From contig OZ024751.1 of NCBI GenBank assembly GCA_964016885.1, forward strand, positions 38,068,001 through 38,132,000: a stretch of 64,000 nucleotides of DNA, given 5' to 3'. A program made the position numbers and the translations under genes. Source of the DNA: Eledone cirrhosa. Taxonomy: Eukaryota. The notes beneath the pieces are model-generated. The model was given only the letters and a program-made list of their open reading frames with translations. It was not told where the DNA came from and searched no databases. This document shows, in pieces, positions 29,003 through 42,897 of the stretch. The first letter of the stretch is position 1; each line of letters begins with the position of its first letter.

Positions 29003-29347
29003 TGTAGATAAATCTACCAAGAGTTTACGGTAGTGTCCAATCCGTATGAAGAACTCAATGTAATACGGATATCATGGAAAGAAAAGATGCAATGAAAAAT
29101 CACTTTCGGTGAAAGATAAACGGAATACAGAGTCAAGATAAAATATAAAAAAAAATAATGAATAAAACAATGAAACAGTTCCTTATATTAAACAAAAAAA
29201 GTTCATTATTTAACGATCGTTTCTAGGATATATATGTGTTAGAATTGGCATGCATATTCAACAGATCTATGTACAAAATTATACAAACTATCAAAAATTA
29301 ATATACATACCAACACATATATATGCCGTCTTCAGAAATAATTTTTA
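29003..29347 (-). mobile_element. TA-embedded hammerhead element, family G
   Basis: Unique island between long (TA)n tracts; hammerhead at its 5' end; motif CATTGAGTTCT (29050-29060, minus). Confidence 0.8.
29205..29342 (-). ncRNA. Type I hammerhead ribozyme with extended stem II
   Basis: attattt CTGAAGA c ggcatatatatgtgttgg ...about 70 nt... ctaacacatatatatcc ta GAA ACGATCGT T aaataat; 7-bp perfect stem I. Confidence 0.85.
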
Positions 29348-29436
29348 TATATAAATATATATATATAAATATATATATATAAATATAAATATATATATAT
29401 AAATATATATATATAAATATATATATATAAATATAT

Positions 29437-29467
<31 letters not shown>

Positions 29468-29468
29468 A

Positions 29469-29503
<35 letters not shown>

Positions 29504-29504
29504 A

Positions 29505-29535
<31 letters not shown>

Positions 29536-29656
29536 AATATATATATAAATATATGAATTATATATATATAAATATATATATATATATAAATATATATAAA
29601 TATATATATATATATAAATATATATAAATATATATAAATATATATATATATATATT

Positions 29657-29698
<42 letters not shown>

Positions 29699-29831
29699 TA
29701 TATAAATATATAAATAAATATATATAAATATATATATATATAAATATATATAAATATATATATAAATATATATATAAATATATAAATAAATATATATAAA
29801 TATATATATATAAATATATATATAAATATAT

Positions 29832-29864
<33 letters not shown>

Positions 29865-29907
29865 AATATATATATAAATATATATAAATATATATATATA
29901 TATATAA

Positions 29908-29938
<31 letters not shown>

Positions 29939-29969
29939 AATATATATAAATATATATATATATATATAA

Positions 29970-30000
<31 letters not shown>

Positions 30001-30001
30001 A

Positions 30002-30032
<31 letters not shown>

Positions 30033-30057
30033 AATATATATATAAATATATATATAA

Positions 30058-30155
<98 letters not shown>

Positions 30156-30870
30156 TTCATTCCAACAAACTTATCTCGTATCAACGGAACACCAGCACAG
30201 ACTAAGAGATTCAAAGCAGAATCCATACGTAGATTATAAAATAGGTCACAATTCTTGATTCAAGAGAAGCAGACATATTGAAAATCCGAGAAATGGTTGC
30301 TACTTTTTGTAATGCCGATTTCAAAGCAAATTATTCTTACAGTATGAAAGCCGTACCTTTGTATGTGAATGCTAGATAACAACTCTAATCTTATTTAAAA
30401 GAGAATTCGTGAACATTTTATATTATTGCTATAATCAGCATAATCATAATCATAATAATGTTGTCGTCGCCATCATTGTTATCATCAGAATCGTTGTTAT
30501 CATCATAATCATCATTATCCTTATCATCCCCACAGTCATAATCGCCATCGTCCTGAAGATCAACATCATCAACAACATTATAAACAACACCACTATGATG
30601 ATGATCATCATCATCAGCATCGACATTATCAACAGTAATATTTATCCTGACCATCACCATAGTTCACTCCATTATTACTATCATTACTATTATTACTATT
30701 ATTGTTGTTATTGTTGTTGTTATCACTGCCGCCATTTATTTGTGAGCGAGTCTTAGTTCAAATCTATATTAGCATCCTTTGTTACAGCATTGCTATCTCC
30801 ATCCTCCGCTCGTGTCGACGTTCCAAAATATACGTGCGACGATAGATAAGAAACAACGTACTATCATTAT

Positions 30871-30976
<106 letters not shown>

Positions 30977-32486
30977 AATAAGGCATACGTTTTTGTAGAT
31001 ATCGCTACTAATATGCATTTGTCAATACTCTAGTGTTTACTATTGAGATTGGGTTATTTGTAGATTAATTAAGATTCAGATTTTGTTCGTCAAGTTTGAC
31101 TGACTGAAATATTTCTATCTAATACGTATCAAAGCCTCGTATCATTGAGTCCTTTAAACTACTGTCTGTGCTGAGGCGGTAGATAGCTAAACATAGTTTA
31201 TCTATCATCTGAAATAAACCAGTATCACAGTCATATATGATATACTATTGGTCAACTCATAGCTTACTTCAGATTTCAGATGCAAACTGCAGTAATACAT
31301 TAGATGCTGAACCGTAGTATAATATATTTCATATAGTTGTTTGATTAAAGTCTTTGAACAAGTACATACAATGAGATGGATAGAAAGATGGATAGATAGA
31401 TAGATATATAGATTGATATACAAGCAGACAGAGAGACAGATATATTGATAGATAGGCAGAGAGACAGACAGATAAAGATAGATAGATAGATAGAGAATGG
31501 GATAGAAAAATGAGCATGCATATAACATTCTTTTGTTTCAATCTTTGAAGTAGTGTTTGATGATATGACGAAAATAAGCACATTTTTGGCGTGTATACGA
31601 GAGTTTCTTTAGGACGAACTCAACCATATAATCCTGCTTTATTCAAGAGATAAGTTTTTCTATTATATGTAATTCCTAGCATGTTTTTTGCTTGCTTCTT
31701 CTCCTCTCATTGAAGAGTTTGAGAGAGTAACGCTAAACGATCATTGTTTCAAGTGTATTGAAGAGCTCCAGTCTTCTCTCGTTCAACAATGATTCAGCCT
31801 GATGATCTTGAATTATTGAACTGATACGATACTATATTATATATATTTCCTAGCAATTTCTCGTTTAATGTCTTCCGTCTTGAGAGGGAGAGAGAGGGAG
31901 ATAGATAGATAGAGAGAGACAGACAGAGAAAGAGAGAGGTGGGAGAATGATATAGGAGGGAGAGTGAGAGACAGAAAAGACTGAAAGAGAGTGAGAGACG
32001 GCGGAGAATGAGAGAGAAGTGGGAGGATAGAGAAGGGGGTGAGTGAGAAAGAGAGAGTGGGAGAGAGAACGGGGAGAGAATAAGGAAGGAGGGAGTGTGG
32101 AATCGAGGCATGAGTGAGATATGGTGTAAGTGGAAGAGAGGCGAGATGTATAGTGAAGAGATGTAGTGAAGAGATATTGAGGCGTTTCCGTTGAAGACTG
32201 ATTAAAACAGAGGATGGTGTATTCTCAAAACGATAATTTTCTCAGACATAAGCAGTGGCGAAATATTTTAATAATATTGGTTTAAGTAAATGGTTGCGAT
32301 GTGCAGTAACGATACAGATAATAAACTACAATATGTAGATTGATGATATGAAGTATAAATATGACATTGACAAAAAAATAATGAAATAAATACAAAGTTA
32401 GTCGATCTCTTTCTCACATTTTATTTATCAGATCCTCATGTACTCAACAGCATATGAGAACAGCTCTTATCCTTCAATATACATGC

Positions 32487-32611
<125 letters not shown>

Positions 32612-32631
32612 ATAAATCCTAATTATATATG

Positions 32632-32686
<55 letters not shown>

Positions 32687-32754
32687 GTGCATTTGTCTCT
32701 TAAAACCTGCTGGATATAAAGATAAGGAGACTAATATACATACATAATTCTACA

Positions 32755-32913
32755 CACATATATATATATATATATATATGCATGTGTATATATGTATGTG
32801 TATATATATATTTGTATAGATATATATGTATATCTATAAGTATATATATATATACATACACATATATATATATATACATATACATATATATATACATAAA
32901 TATATACATATAC

Positions 32914-32963
<50 letters not shown>

Positions 32964-33017
32964 GTATATATATATATATATATACATATATACACATATA
33001 CATATATATATACACAC

Positions 33018-33062
<45 letters not shown>

Positions 33063-33065
33063 TAC

Positions 33066-33116
<51 letters not shown>

Positions 33117-33295
33117 CATATATATATACATATATACATATATATATACATATATACATATATATATACATATATACATATATATATACATATATACATA
33201 TACATATATACATATACATATATACATATACATATATACATATACATATATATACATATATACATATATACATATACATATATACATATATATAT

Positions 33296-33326
<31 letters not shown>

Positions 33327-33431
33327 TAAATATATATATATACATATATACATATATATATATACACATAGTTATATATATACATATATATATATATACA
33401 TAGTTATATATATACATATATATATATATAC

Positions 33432-33476
<45 letters not shown>

Positions 33477-33480
33477 CACG
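32755..33480. repeat. (TA)n/(TACA) compound microsatellite
   Basis: Seen directly; source of many spurious ORFs. Confidence 0.95.
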
Positions 33481-34081
33481 TATGCATAGCATAAATATAT
33501 AACGAAATAAAAAAAAGGAAATCAGATAATATGATCAAGTAGGGAAAGAAAGCAAAAACAAAAGAAAGGAACGATTTCTTCTTATTTTTTTTTTACTATT
33601 CTAGTTCTCTCTTATTTATTGGCATAATTTATTTATACATTTTATTGTTTATTTTTCATCTTAACAGTGAATAACTTTCGTCCCCGTATTTATTTTTTTT
33701 ATTTACCTATATATCTATATTTCTTATTTTTGGCTATTTATTTATATTTGGGGGTATTTTCGTTTTACACTTTTTATGGGAGGAATAATGGCGTAATATC
33801 TGATAAGTAAACGTTGTAAACAGTCAAAAATGTAAAGTCTAGCATAAATGTCAATTTAAGGAAAAATTACACTCATCAACAATAGATATTTTGGCATAAG
33901 AATGGCGAGCAAATACGTGAGAAGGAGCGGAGAGAAAAAGACATCGAGAGATAGAATGCGTGTTTTGGCTTAAGAAGGAGAGTAGGTGAAAAATGAGAGG
34001 GTGATAGAAAATAGAGAGAACAGGGGGATTGCTGAGGAAGAGATTGCGATCATATATATATATATAAGTATACATATATAT

Positions 34082-34124
<43 letters not shown>

Positions 34125-34127
34125 TAT

Positions 34128-34166
<39 letters not shown>

Positions 34167-34169
34167 TAT

Positions 34170-34238
<69 letters not shown>

Positions 34239-34241
34239 TAT

Positions 34242-34274
<33 letters not shown>

Positions 34275-34347
34275 CATATATATACACACATATATATATA
34301 TATATTTACACACACACACATATATATATATACATATACATATATAT

Positions 34348-34388
<41 letters not shown>

Positions 34389-34463
34389 TATATATATATA
34401 CATATATATATACACACACACATATATATATACATATATATATATACACACATATATATATAT

Positions 34464-34526
<63 letters not shown>

Positions 34527-34549
34527 TTATATATATATATATACATATA

Positions 34550-34597
34550 TTTACTGAAAAAGCATGTATATATAAGTATGTAGGAGGGCATATATAT

Positions 34598-34630
<33 letters not shown>

Positions 34631-34709
34631 AATATATATATATTTACTGAAAAAGCATGTATATATAAGTATCTAGGAGGGCATATATATATATAAATAT
34701 ACACACACG

Positions 34710-34742
<33 letters not shown>

Positions 34743-34783
34743 GCCCTCCTAGATACTTATATATACATGCTTTTTCAGTAAAT
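34550..34783. repeat. 42-bp unit present twice direct and once inverted within (TA)n
   Basis: 'tttactgaaaaagcatgtatatataagtat(g/c)taggagggcat' at 34550 and 34643; reverse complement at 34741-34783. Confidence 0.9.
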
Positions 34784-34799
34784 ATACATATATATATAC

Positions 34800-34865
<66 letters not shown>

Positions 34866-34900
34866 GTGTGTATATATACATATATACCATCCTATATATA

Positions 34901-34978
<78 letters not shown>

Positions 34979-35814
34979 AGATATACATATATATAACGAG
35001 AAAGAAAGCAAGAGGCGGGAAGGAACGAATGGGAGAAAAGAAGGCAAAGATGTGTAATAAGTGGAACAACAAAAGAAAAATAAAGAGCAGACATAAGGTA
35101 GACTTGTCAAATAAACATTGTAAATGCAGACATATTGATTAGAGGCGAAAAGGTACTTGAAACGGAGCTATGAGGGAGGTGGTAGTTCGTATAAGGGGTG
35201 AAACACTAAAAATTCTGGCTGTATAGAGTTATGATGGAGATGGAAGTTAGTGTGAGGGAGAGAATCATTATATATTATGGTTCTACTGTGCTAGGTGGGA
35301 TGTGTGGGTTAGTATGTGAAGAGAATCGGTAAAAGTAAAAAAATGGCGGTTCTGAACATGGCGGGATAGTAGCGGTAGTGTTAGGGATAAACCAGTAAAA
35401 ATGGTGGCTTTGAGGATATATAGGGGAGATGGCGGTAGTTAAAGAAGAGAAGCAGTAAAAAAACAAATGGTGGCTATGAGAATGGTGAAGAGGGGGTGAT
35501 AGGGTATGGGTAATACCACTAAAATGGTGTGCTACGTGTGTAGCGGGGTGGTGGTGGTTGTGGTAGTTTGCAGGGGGAATCACTAAAGATGGAGGTTGCG
35601 GTATTATTGCTTTTTTTGCAAGGAAACGAACTATGACACCGAAATCTTTACAACGTCGTATAAGTAGCTATATGTATATATATATAAATATATATATTAT
35701 ATATATATACATGCATATATATTATATATATATATATATATGCATGTGTATATAGATATATGTATTCATGTTGATGTATATATGTGCATGTATGTCCAGA
35801 TATATGTATTTATG

Positions 35815-35845
<31 letters not shown>

Positions 35846-35975
35846 AAATATATATATAAATATGTGTGTGAATATATATATATATAATCATATATATGTA
35901 TATTTATATATCAAGTATTTATTTGTGTATGTATACGCATTCCTTCTCATTTAATTTGCAGTCCTTACACATATC

Positions 35976-36035
<60 letters not shown>

Positions 36036-36532
36036 TACACATTTCTTTACAGCTTTTTTACTTTTTTCTCTCTCTCACACACCTTTTATCTTCTTATTCC
36101 CAAAACACACACACTCACTCATACCCACCACAGCTTACCTCAGAATTAATACCTTTACCACCCTACACAGCCAACATACCTACATCCCTACATACTACAT
36201 CAGGCCACCTCCGTTAGTTTCCACGTCGGACTTAACGATTATTGATGACAAAGAAAAATATTCCCTTATTTGCGATATAGAACTCCCATCATGCATTCCT
36301 TCAACGAACCTGAAGAAGAAGAAAAATTAAAAGAAGAAAAAAGTGGGTTTATTGGGTTTCTCTCTGTCGCCCCCTTTCTGTGTCAGTAGAATCACACATA
36401 CACACACGCATATATATATATATATATATATACCCACACACACATATATATAAACCTCCCTGTCTCTTACTGTATTTTTTTGCCTTTAATATTGCGCTTT
36501 CTCTGTCTCTCTCTCTCTCACACACACAGTCT

Positions 36533-36573
<41 letters not shown>

Positions 36574-36686
36574 TATTTTGTTCTCCCCCTCCCTCCTGCT
36601 CGTGTCTACCTTTTTGGCTTTATCATTAGCAGTTTGCATCTCATCTATATCCGTGTATATATGCATTTATCTCACTCTACCTCGCT

Positions 36687-36748
<62 letters not shown>

Positions 36749-36833
36749 GTGTGGATTGGCTGCATTTTATATGTCGTCGTGTGTGATTATCCGTTGATAT
36801 GTTTTTACTGCAAATATAAACACACACCGATGC

Positions 36834-36888
<55 letters not shown>

Positions 36889-37238
36889 TATATACGCTAC
36901 GTGTGTGTATACTTGTCAAATTTCGTCCGTATGAGGGCATATGTGTATTTGAGAGTATACAGGTGCGTCTACGTCAGTGTATTTGCGTGTAACTATGTGT
37001 GTGTGAATGTGCTGAGTTGTGTGTCCTCATAATATTGATGAATGGTGCTTCATAATGCTCCTTCCATACGATTAAAAACAACACTAAAATGTCTTTTAAA
37101 CTAATTTTATGTTGATCTTTTCGTGACTAGGAAAAATTCAGTATATTCTTCTTGTGAAAACGGACAGAAAGGAAATGCCAATAAACAAACAAATAAATAT
37201 ACACAAACGCATATATATACACACACACACAAAAAATT

Positions 37239-37283
<45 letters not shown>

Positions 37284-37346
37284 AATATATATATATACAT
37301 ACATATACATATATACATATACAGTATATACATACATACACACACA

Positions 37347-37394
<48 letters not shown>

Positions 37395-37702
37395 ATCAAC
37401 AACATCACCAGCACAAACATGAATCTTTTAGTTGATTTGTTGTTAATTTCCATTATTATTATTTTTTTATTTTTATTTTTTTATTTTTTATTGAAAATGT
37501 TCTGATGGCATTTTCCAGTAGGTTCTTATTATTTTCTTTTTTCATTCACAAATGTTCGTCTCCATACACATGATGTTAAATAGCTTTTGACACTGAATGT
37601 TTCCAGAGAGCTCCCAGGAAACTATTGACGCAGCAATTTGAAGCAAATAATGACACTTAACTGTACACATTGTGCACTGAAAATGCTTATTATACATAAA
37701 AA

Positions 37703-37744
<42 letters not shown>

Positions 37745-37812
37745 TTTTTTATGTATAATACATATATACATATATATGCATGTATATATGTGTGTGTGTA
37801 TGTGTATGTGTG

Positions 37813-37860
<48 letters not shown>

Positions 37861-38245
37861 CACACATATACACGCGAAGTTCCAGCAATATTATATTTTC
37901 ACACCTATACAGCTGTATAAATATGTGATTGCTCGTAATCAAAGATGAAATATCTTAACTTCCTGTACATATTAAGACAAGCATCTAACACTGAATAACG
38001 AATACCATGGTAACTATTATATTACATACTTAAACATACTTCGTTACCTTAACTACTATTATTACTTTAAATGTACCTATTAATCTCGTACACGCCTTCA
38101 TTTTTCCTTTTATGTGTAAATAGTTATGGGATAGGAAGATAACGACAACCTTTTATTATTTATTTTTTGTTATATAGCGGGTGGTATTTCAGCTTGAGAT
38201 ACAATTCATGGTTTATCGACTCTGTATCCCTAATGGGTGAGGTTT

Positions 38246-38430
38246 GGAGAAGATTTGGCAGGTAGAGGGTCGGATGCCATGCTTTGCAGCAAAGAGTTAC
38301 GGCCCTTTATGATCTGAGTTCAAATCCCGCCGTGGTTAACTTTGCCTTTCATCCTTACGAGGTCGACAAAATAAAGCACCAGTAATACACTGAGGGAAAT
38401 GCTGGCCTTGTGCCAAAAGCAGAAACAATT
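38246..38430 (+). mobile_element. tRNA-derived SINE (young family)
   Basis: 'tggcaggtagagggtcgga...gagttcaaatcccgccg.ggttaactttgcctttcatccttacga.gtcgac...gctggccttgtgccaaaagcagaaacaat'. Confidence 0.9.
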
Positions 38431-38759
38431 ATTTCAAAACATTCTTGAGATTGTAATCCTGCTTCGAGTTTGTGTGACGTTTTCTCTAGTTGTATAGCAT
38501 TCGACAAGGACAGTATTTTTTATAATTCTAGATATTGACGCTTTTATGATTGCTGCTCTATAAATTCTTATTTTCTAAGATCAAAATTTGCCGGGATGGC
38601 CTCTAACCTTCGTGTTTCAAAAATCACAGAAACAAAGCGAGTACCTGTCAAGTATTTGCGTCGATATAATAGATTTTAGAAAATTCTGCTTAACTTGCGA
38701 GTAAATTGGAAACAATTATTATTGTTGTTAAGGATGGTAGGTAGGCGGAACCACCAAGT

Positions 38760-38900
38760 GTAGTCTTCTTCTTTACTCACTTAGAGGGTCATGGGAGCAA
38801 AGTTCTTAAAATCTCCATACAGCCGATCCTGTCAGAAGCAACCATCTCCAGCTAATCCGGTTAGATCCAACCGTAATCCTATTGCTCCTTCCAATTCTCG
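38760..38900 (-). mobile_element. Possible degenerate RTE-like LINE 3' end
   Basis: Minus strand '...gaactttgctcccatgaccctctaagtgagtaaagaagaagactac' resembles RTE 3' termini; recalled similarity only. Confidence 0.35.
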
Positions 38901-39921
38901 ACAAATTGCCTAAATTTGTCAACATTTTTGGATACTCAAGTTGCATCCTCACGCACCCCAGCAACACGACATTCTATAAAGTTCATCGTGTGGATAATAG
39001 AGTCTAAACCCCTCAACATCTAACAATGTACTTTATCTAGAAGACACTTTCTAAAACAAGAGGATGAACCTTAAGTATTTAGCAAGACTATTTAAGATAT
39101 CGTCATTATTGCTATTGTCAAATGTGAGTTTATTAATGGCTGTCTGACCACCGTAATCAGAATCTCTTCATTATAATTACCATCGGCTATATAATAATTA
39201 ATATCATCATTAACACAATTTTCTTCCTAATTAATATGACATATATGATATATATACAACAGTACAAGCATCTAAGATTCTTAATTCCTTGTACCGATCA
39301 CTTCATTATTATTATCAACATCATCAACATTATCATCACCATTGTGCTCAGCACCATATTCATTATAACCTTTATTATTATAATCAGCGGTAATAATTTT
39401 ATTATTCTAATATCCACCCATCATTATAATCGGTATAATGATATTTGCAATCATCATTATCATTAACTTTCTCCCCACCCTTTCCTCCTCAACGTTGAAA
39501 TATTTCTGGTTATAATCAGTCTTAATATTTTAATCATCATCACCATCAACGTTATTGTCTTTATCATTAACATACTTATAATCAGCGTTAACATTTTTAT
39601 TATCATTATCAACATCATCATTATTACTATTGTCATTGTAGCAGCAGTAGTTAATGACACCAGAATTGCTAATGAGAGAAACTGCGGAGAAAATGTAAAT
39701 AGCAGTGCTGTATAGTGTATATTGTGTAGTAAACTCCATACTAACTATGAGGTTTAATGTTTACGTCTTCACATTCACTTTAAACATTTGGAAATCCACG
39801 TTGTAGAATCATATCACTCACAAATGTACTCGAAACAATAATAAACAGAGAAGTGATGGCGCTCCTTTTTATCTCAACTTTGCTTCTGTCTTTAATATAT
39901 ACTGCATACTACAAAATCAAC

Positions 39922-40754
39922 AGATAATGTATAATCGTTAATAGTACATTCCTAAATACAATGATTAGAACAACACTAAGTTTTTATTAAAGGTAGTAAT
40001 AGTTGGAAGTTATTTTTGTTAACATTGAATAGGATTTTGAATCGAGAGAATTCTGAAGATGCGTGGTCTTTACATCAACGTAATAAAACCTTTAGTTATT
40101 AAACAGTATCCACTGACGATTATGCAAACACAATAGCATCCAACTGAATCCATTACAATTTTTGGTTGAGGAATTCTAAAACAACTGATGTTTATAATGA
40201 TTTTTACTCTGTACCTATCAATGAAAGAAATCTCAGAAATATGTTGATATTTATACAATCGAATATATATATATGTATATTTATATATATATATGTATAT
40301 ATATAACGAAGGAATTGTGGTAAGGAACCAGGTGGACCATAACGCACCAAAGTACTCAATACTTAGGGTAGTAGAGTGAGTAATATATAAATATACATAT
40401 ATATATATATATTCGATTGTATAAATATCAACATATTTCTGAGATTTCTTTCATTGATAGGTACAGAGTAAAAATCATTATAAGCATCAGTAGTTTTAGA
40501 ATTCCTTAACCAAAAATTGTAATGGATTCAGTTGGATGCTATTGTGTTTGCATAATCGTCAGTGGATACTGTTTAATAACTAAAGGTGCTATTACGTTGA
40601 TGTAAAGACCACGCATCTTCAGAATTCTCTCGATTCAAAATCCTATTCAATGTAAAAAAAAAATAACTTCCAACTATTACTGCCTTTAATAAAAACTTAG
40701 TGTTGTTCTAATCATTGTATTTAGGAATGTACTATTAACGATTATACATTATCT
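39922..40754. repeat. About 365-bp inverted duplication of flanking DNA around a family A 3' fragment
   Basis: Arms about 39922-40288 and 40385-40754 are reverse complements with few mismatches. Confidence 0.93.
40304..40385 (-). mobile_element. Family A element, 3' tail only
   Basis: 'taacgaaggaattgtggtaaggaaccaggtggaccataacgcaccaaagtactcaatacttagggtagtagagtgagtaat' matches 14155-14235. Confidence 0.92.
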
Positions 40755-40765
40755 CCTTCGTTATA

Positions 40766-41557
40766 TCTATACATATATATATATGTATATATATAAAATT
40801 AAGTATGTGTGTGTGTCTGTGTGTCTGTTTATTACCTATAGGGGCTTACATCTTACGACCGATTTTCATGAAACTTTAGAGGCACATAGATTAATCATCG
40901 GGAGTGTTTTCTATATATCAGCGTATCGTTTATTATTTATTCCGAGGTCATTCTGCAGATAAAAATCGATAGGGGGGGTGGGGTCACCTTTTTTTAGGTA
41001 TCGAAAAATAAGATTTTTGGCTCTAGCTCCCCTATTTTTCAACCGATTTCGTTCGAGGCTCCACCTCACACATAAATCAATTTATTTTGTTCAACGTTTA
41101 TACTACGATAGAACCTATCATTGCATATCTTATTCTTTAATACGATTTCTTCTAAATTCTCAGCCTTTGCAGCAAATCATCTTAACTTTTCATTATTTGC
41201 TGCAAATGATGTGTACGATTCTATAATTCCTTCCAATTATCCAGTTGATGGTCAAAGGCAAAACGATGGCCACTGACGTCGTCTGAGCTTTTAGTTGTGT
41301 ATTTGAGAATTCATCGGTTTCCAATCAAGTAGCGTGAGGAAATTTGGCTTAGTGGTAGAGGTCATTACCTCCCTCCCCAGCATGCCACTTCGTCAGTCAC
41401 CCACATTTCTCAGTGATAGAGGTCATCACCACCCTCCCCCGCATCGCCTGTGTGTGGTCATAGATGAGTCATCGAGAAGCAGTCGCTAAGATCAACACGT
41501 TTTCATCAAAGCAGATATTATTTTACCTACCCAGGCAACGCTGGGTACTGCTGCTAG
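40766..41557 (+). mobile_element. Non-autonomous Helitron
   Basis: 5' TC after A, microsatellite-rich 5' region followed by 'ccgattttcatgaaactt', subterminal hairpin tacccag-gcaacg-ctgggta (41528-41547), 3' CTAG before T; the 5' boundary is less certain. Confidence 0.82.
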
Positions 41558-41583
<26 letters not shown>

Positions 41584-41588
<5 letters not shown>

Positions 41589-42724
41589 ACATGGGGAGAA
41601 GAATACTGCTGGTTGCACATGGATAACATGTAATAAAATAATATAAGTCCCTCATCAGTGATTTGCCGACGATCATAGATATTTCATTGCATTAAAAATC
41701 ATATACCTCACGTCGGTGCAATAATAACTAAATTAAGTTATTAGGACAATTAAAACGCATAAAGCGAGTGAGACGAGATAACAACAAAGAGGATAGCTAA
41801 CCGTAGAAGGAAGGGAACAAGCTTCATAGTTATTCTGTTAGCATAAGCTAGGTGAATATATGAGCGCTTAGAAAATAGACCTTTCAGCAGCGAATTCAAA
41901 TGTGAGTGAGAAAGAAAATGATTTCGTCGCGAACGGGGTGAAGTGAGAAGAGGAGAAACAGTGAGTGAGTGAGTGGAAGTGTGAGGAAGAGTTAACGGAC
42001 ATGACAGAGGGGGCGAAAGAAAGTAGGAGAAACAGAGGGAGCAATAAGAGAGAGAGAGAGAGAGAGAAAAAAACAGAAGCGCAGTATAGGTAAATATACG
42101 TGAAAAAATGGGGAGAAGAATACTGCTGGTTGCACATGGATAACATGTAATAAAATAATATAAGTCCCTCATCAGTGATTTGCCGACGATCATAGATATT
42201 TCATTGCATTAAAAATCATATACCTCACGTCGGTGCAATAATAACTAAATTAAGTTATTAGGACAATTAAAACGCGTAAAGCGAGTGAGACGAGATAACA
42301 ACAAAGAGGATAGCTAACCGTAGAAGGAAGGGAACAAGCTTCATAGTTATTCTGTTAGCATAAGCTAGGTGAATATATGAGCGCTTAGAAAATAGACCTT
42401 TCAGCAGCGAATTCAAATGTGAGTGAGAAAGAAAATGATTTCGTCGCGAACGGGGTGAAGTGAGAAGAGGAGAAACAGTGAGTGAGTGAGTGGAAGTGTG
42501 AGGAAGAGTTAACGGACATGACAGAGGGGGCGAAAGAAAGTAGGAGAAACAGAGGGAGCAGTAAGAGAGAGAGAGAGAGAGAAAAAAACAGAAGCGCAGT
42601 ATAGGTAAATATACGTGAAAAAATGGGGAGAAGAATACTGCTGGTTGCACATGGATAACATGTAATAAAATAATATAAGTCCCTCATCAGTGATTTGCCG
42701 ACGATCATAGATATTTCATTGCAT

Positions 42725-42726
<2 letters not shown>
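41584..42726. repeat. About 516-bp tandem repeat (2.2 units, A-B-A-B-A) embedded in (TA)n
   Basis: 'atggggagaagaatac' at 41591, 42108, 42623; near-identical units; TA tracts at both ends. Confidence 0.95.
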
Positions 42727-42750
<24 letters not shown>

Positions 42751-42755
<5 letters not shown>

Positions 42756-42897
42756 AGAAAAAGCGAAGTAGTTGCAGATGTTAAAGTCCTTTAATGAACT
42801 ACTTCGCTTTTTCTTATTCGATATATACTCCGTCACTCCTATGTGGAAAAAGTACGTTGAGTGCTTGAATGGAATTGCATCAATATTTACCTTAAGT
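42751..42897 (+). mobile_element. TA-embedded hairpin-plus-tail element with no hammerhead retained
   Basis: 23-bp stem gaatgagaaaaagcgaagtagtt/aactacttcgctttttcttattc (42751-42819); tail motif GTTGAGTGCTT 42856-42866. Confidence 0.7.

Noticed and set aside
30430-30730. ATC/ATT-rich ORFs (also 3980-4213 and 39236-39739)
   Set aside because: Degenerate trinucleotide low-complexity DNA that gives hydrophobic or acidic pseudo-peptides.
40054-40092. CTGAAGA followed by a tgcgt/acgta stem
   Set aside because: No GAAA or stem III follows in either arm, so it is not a hammerhead.
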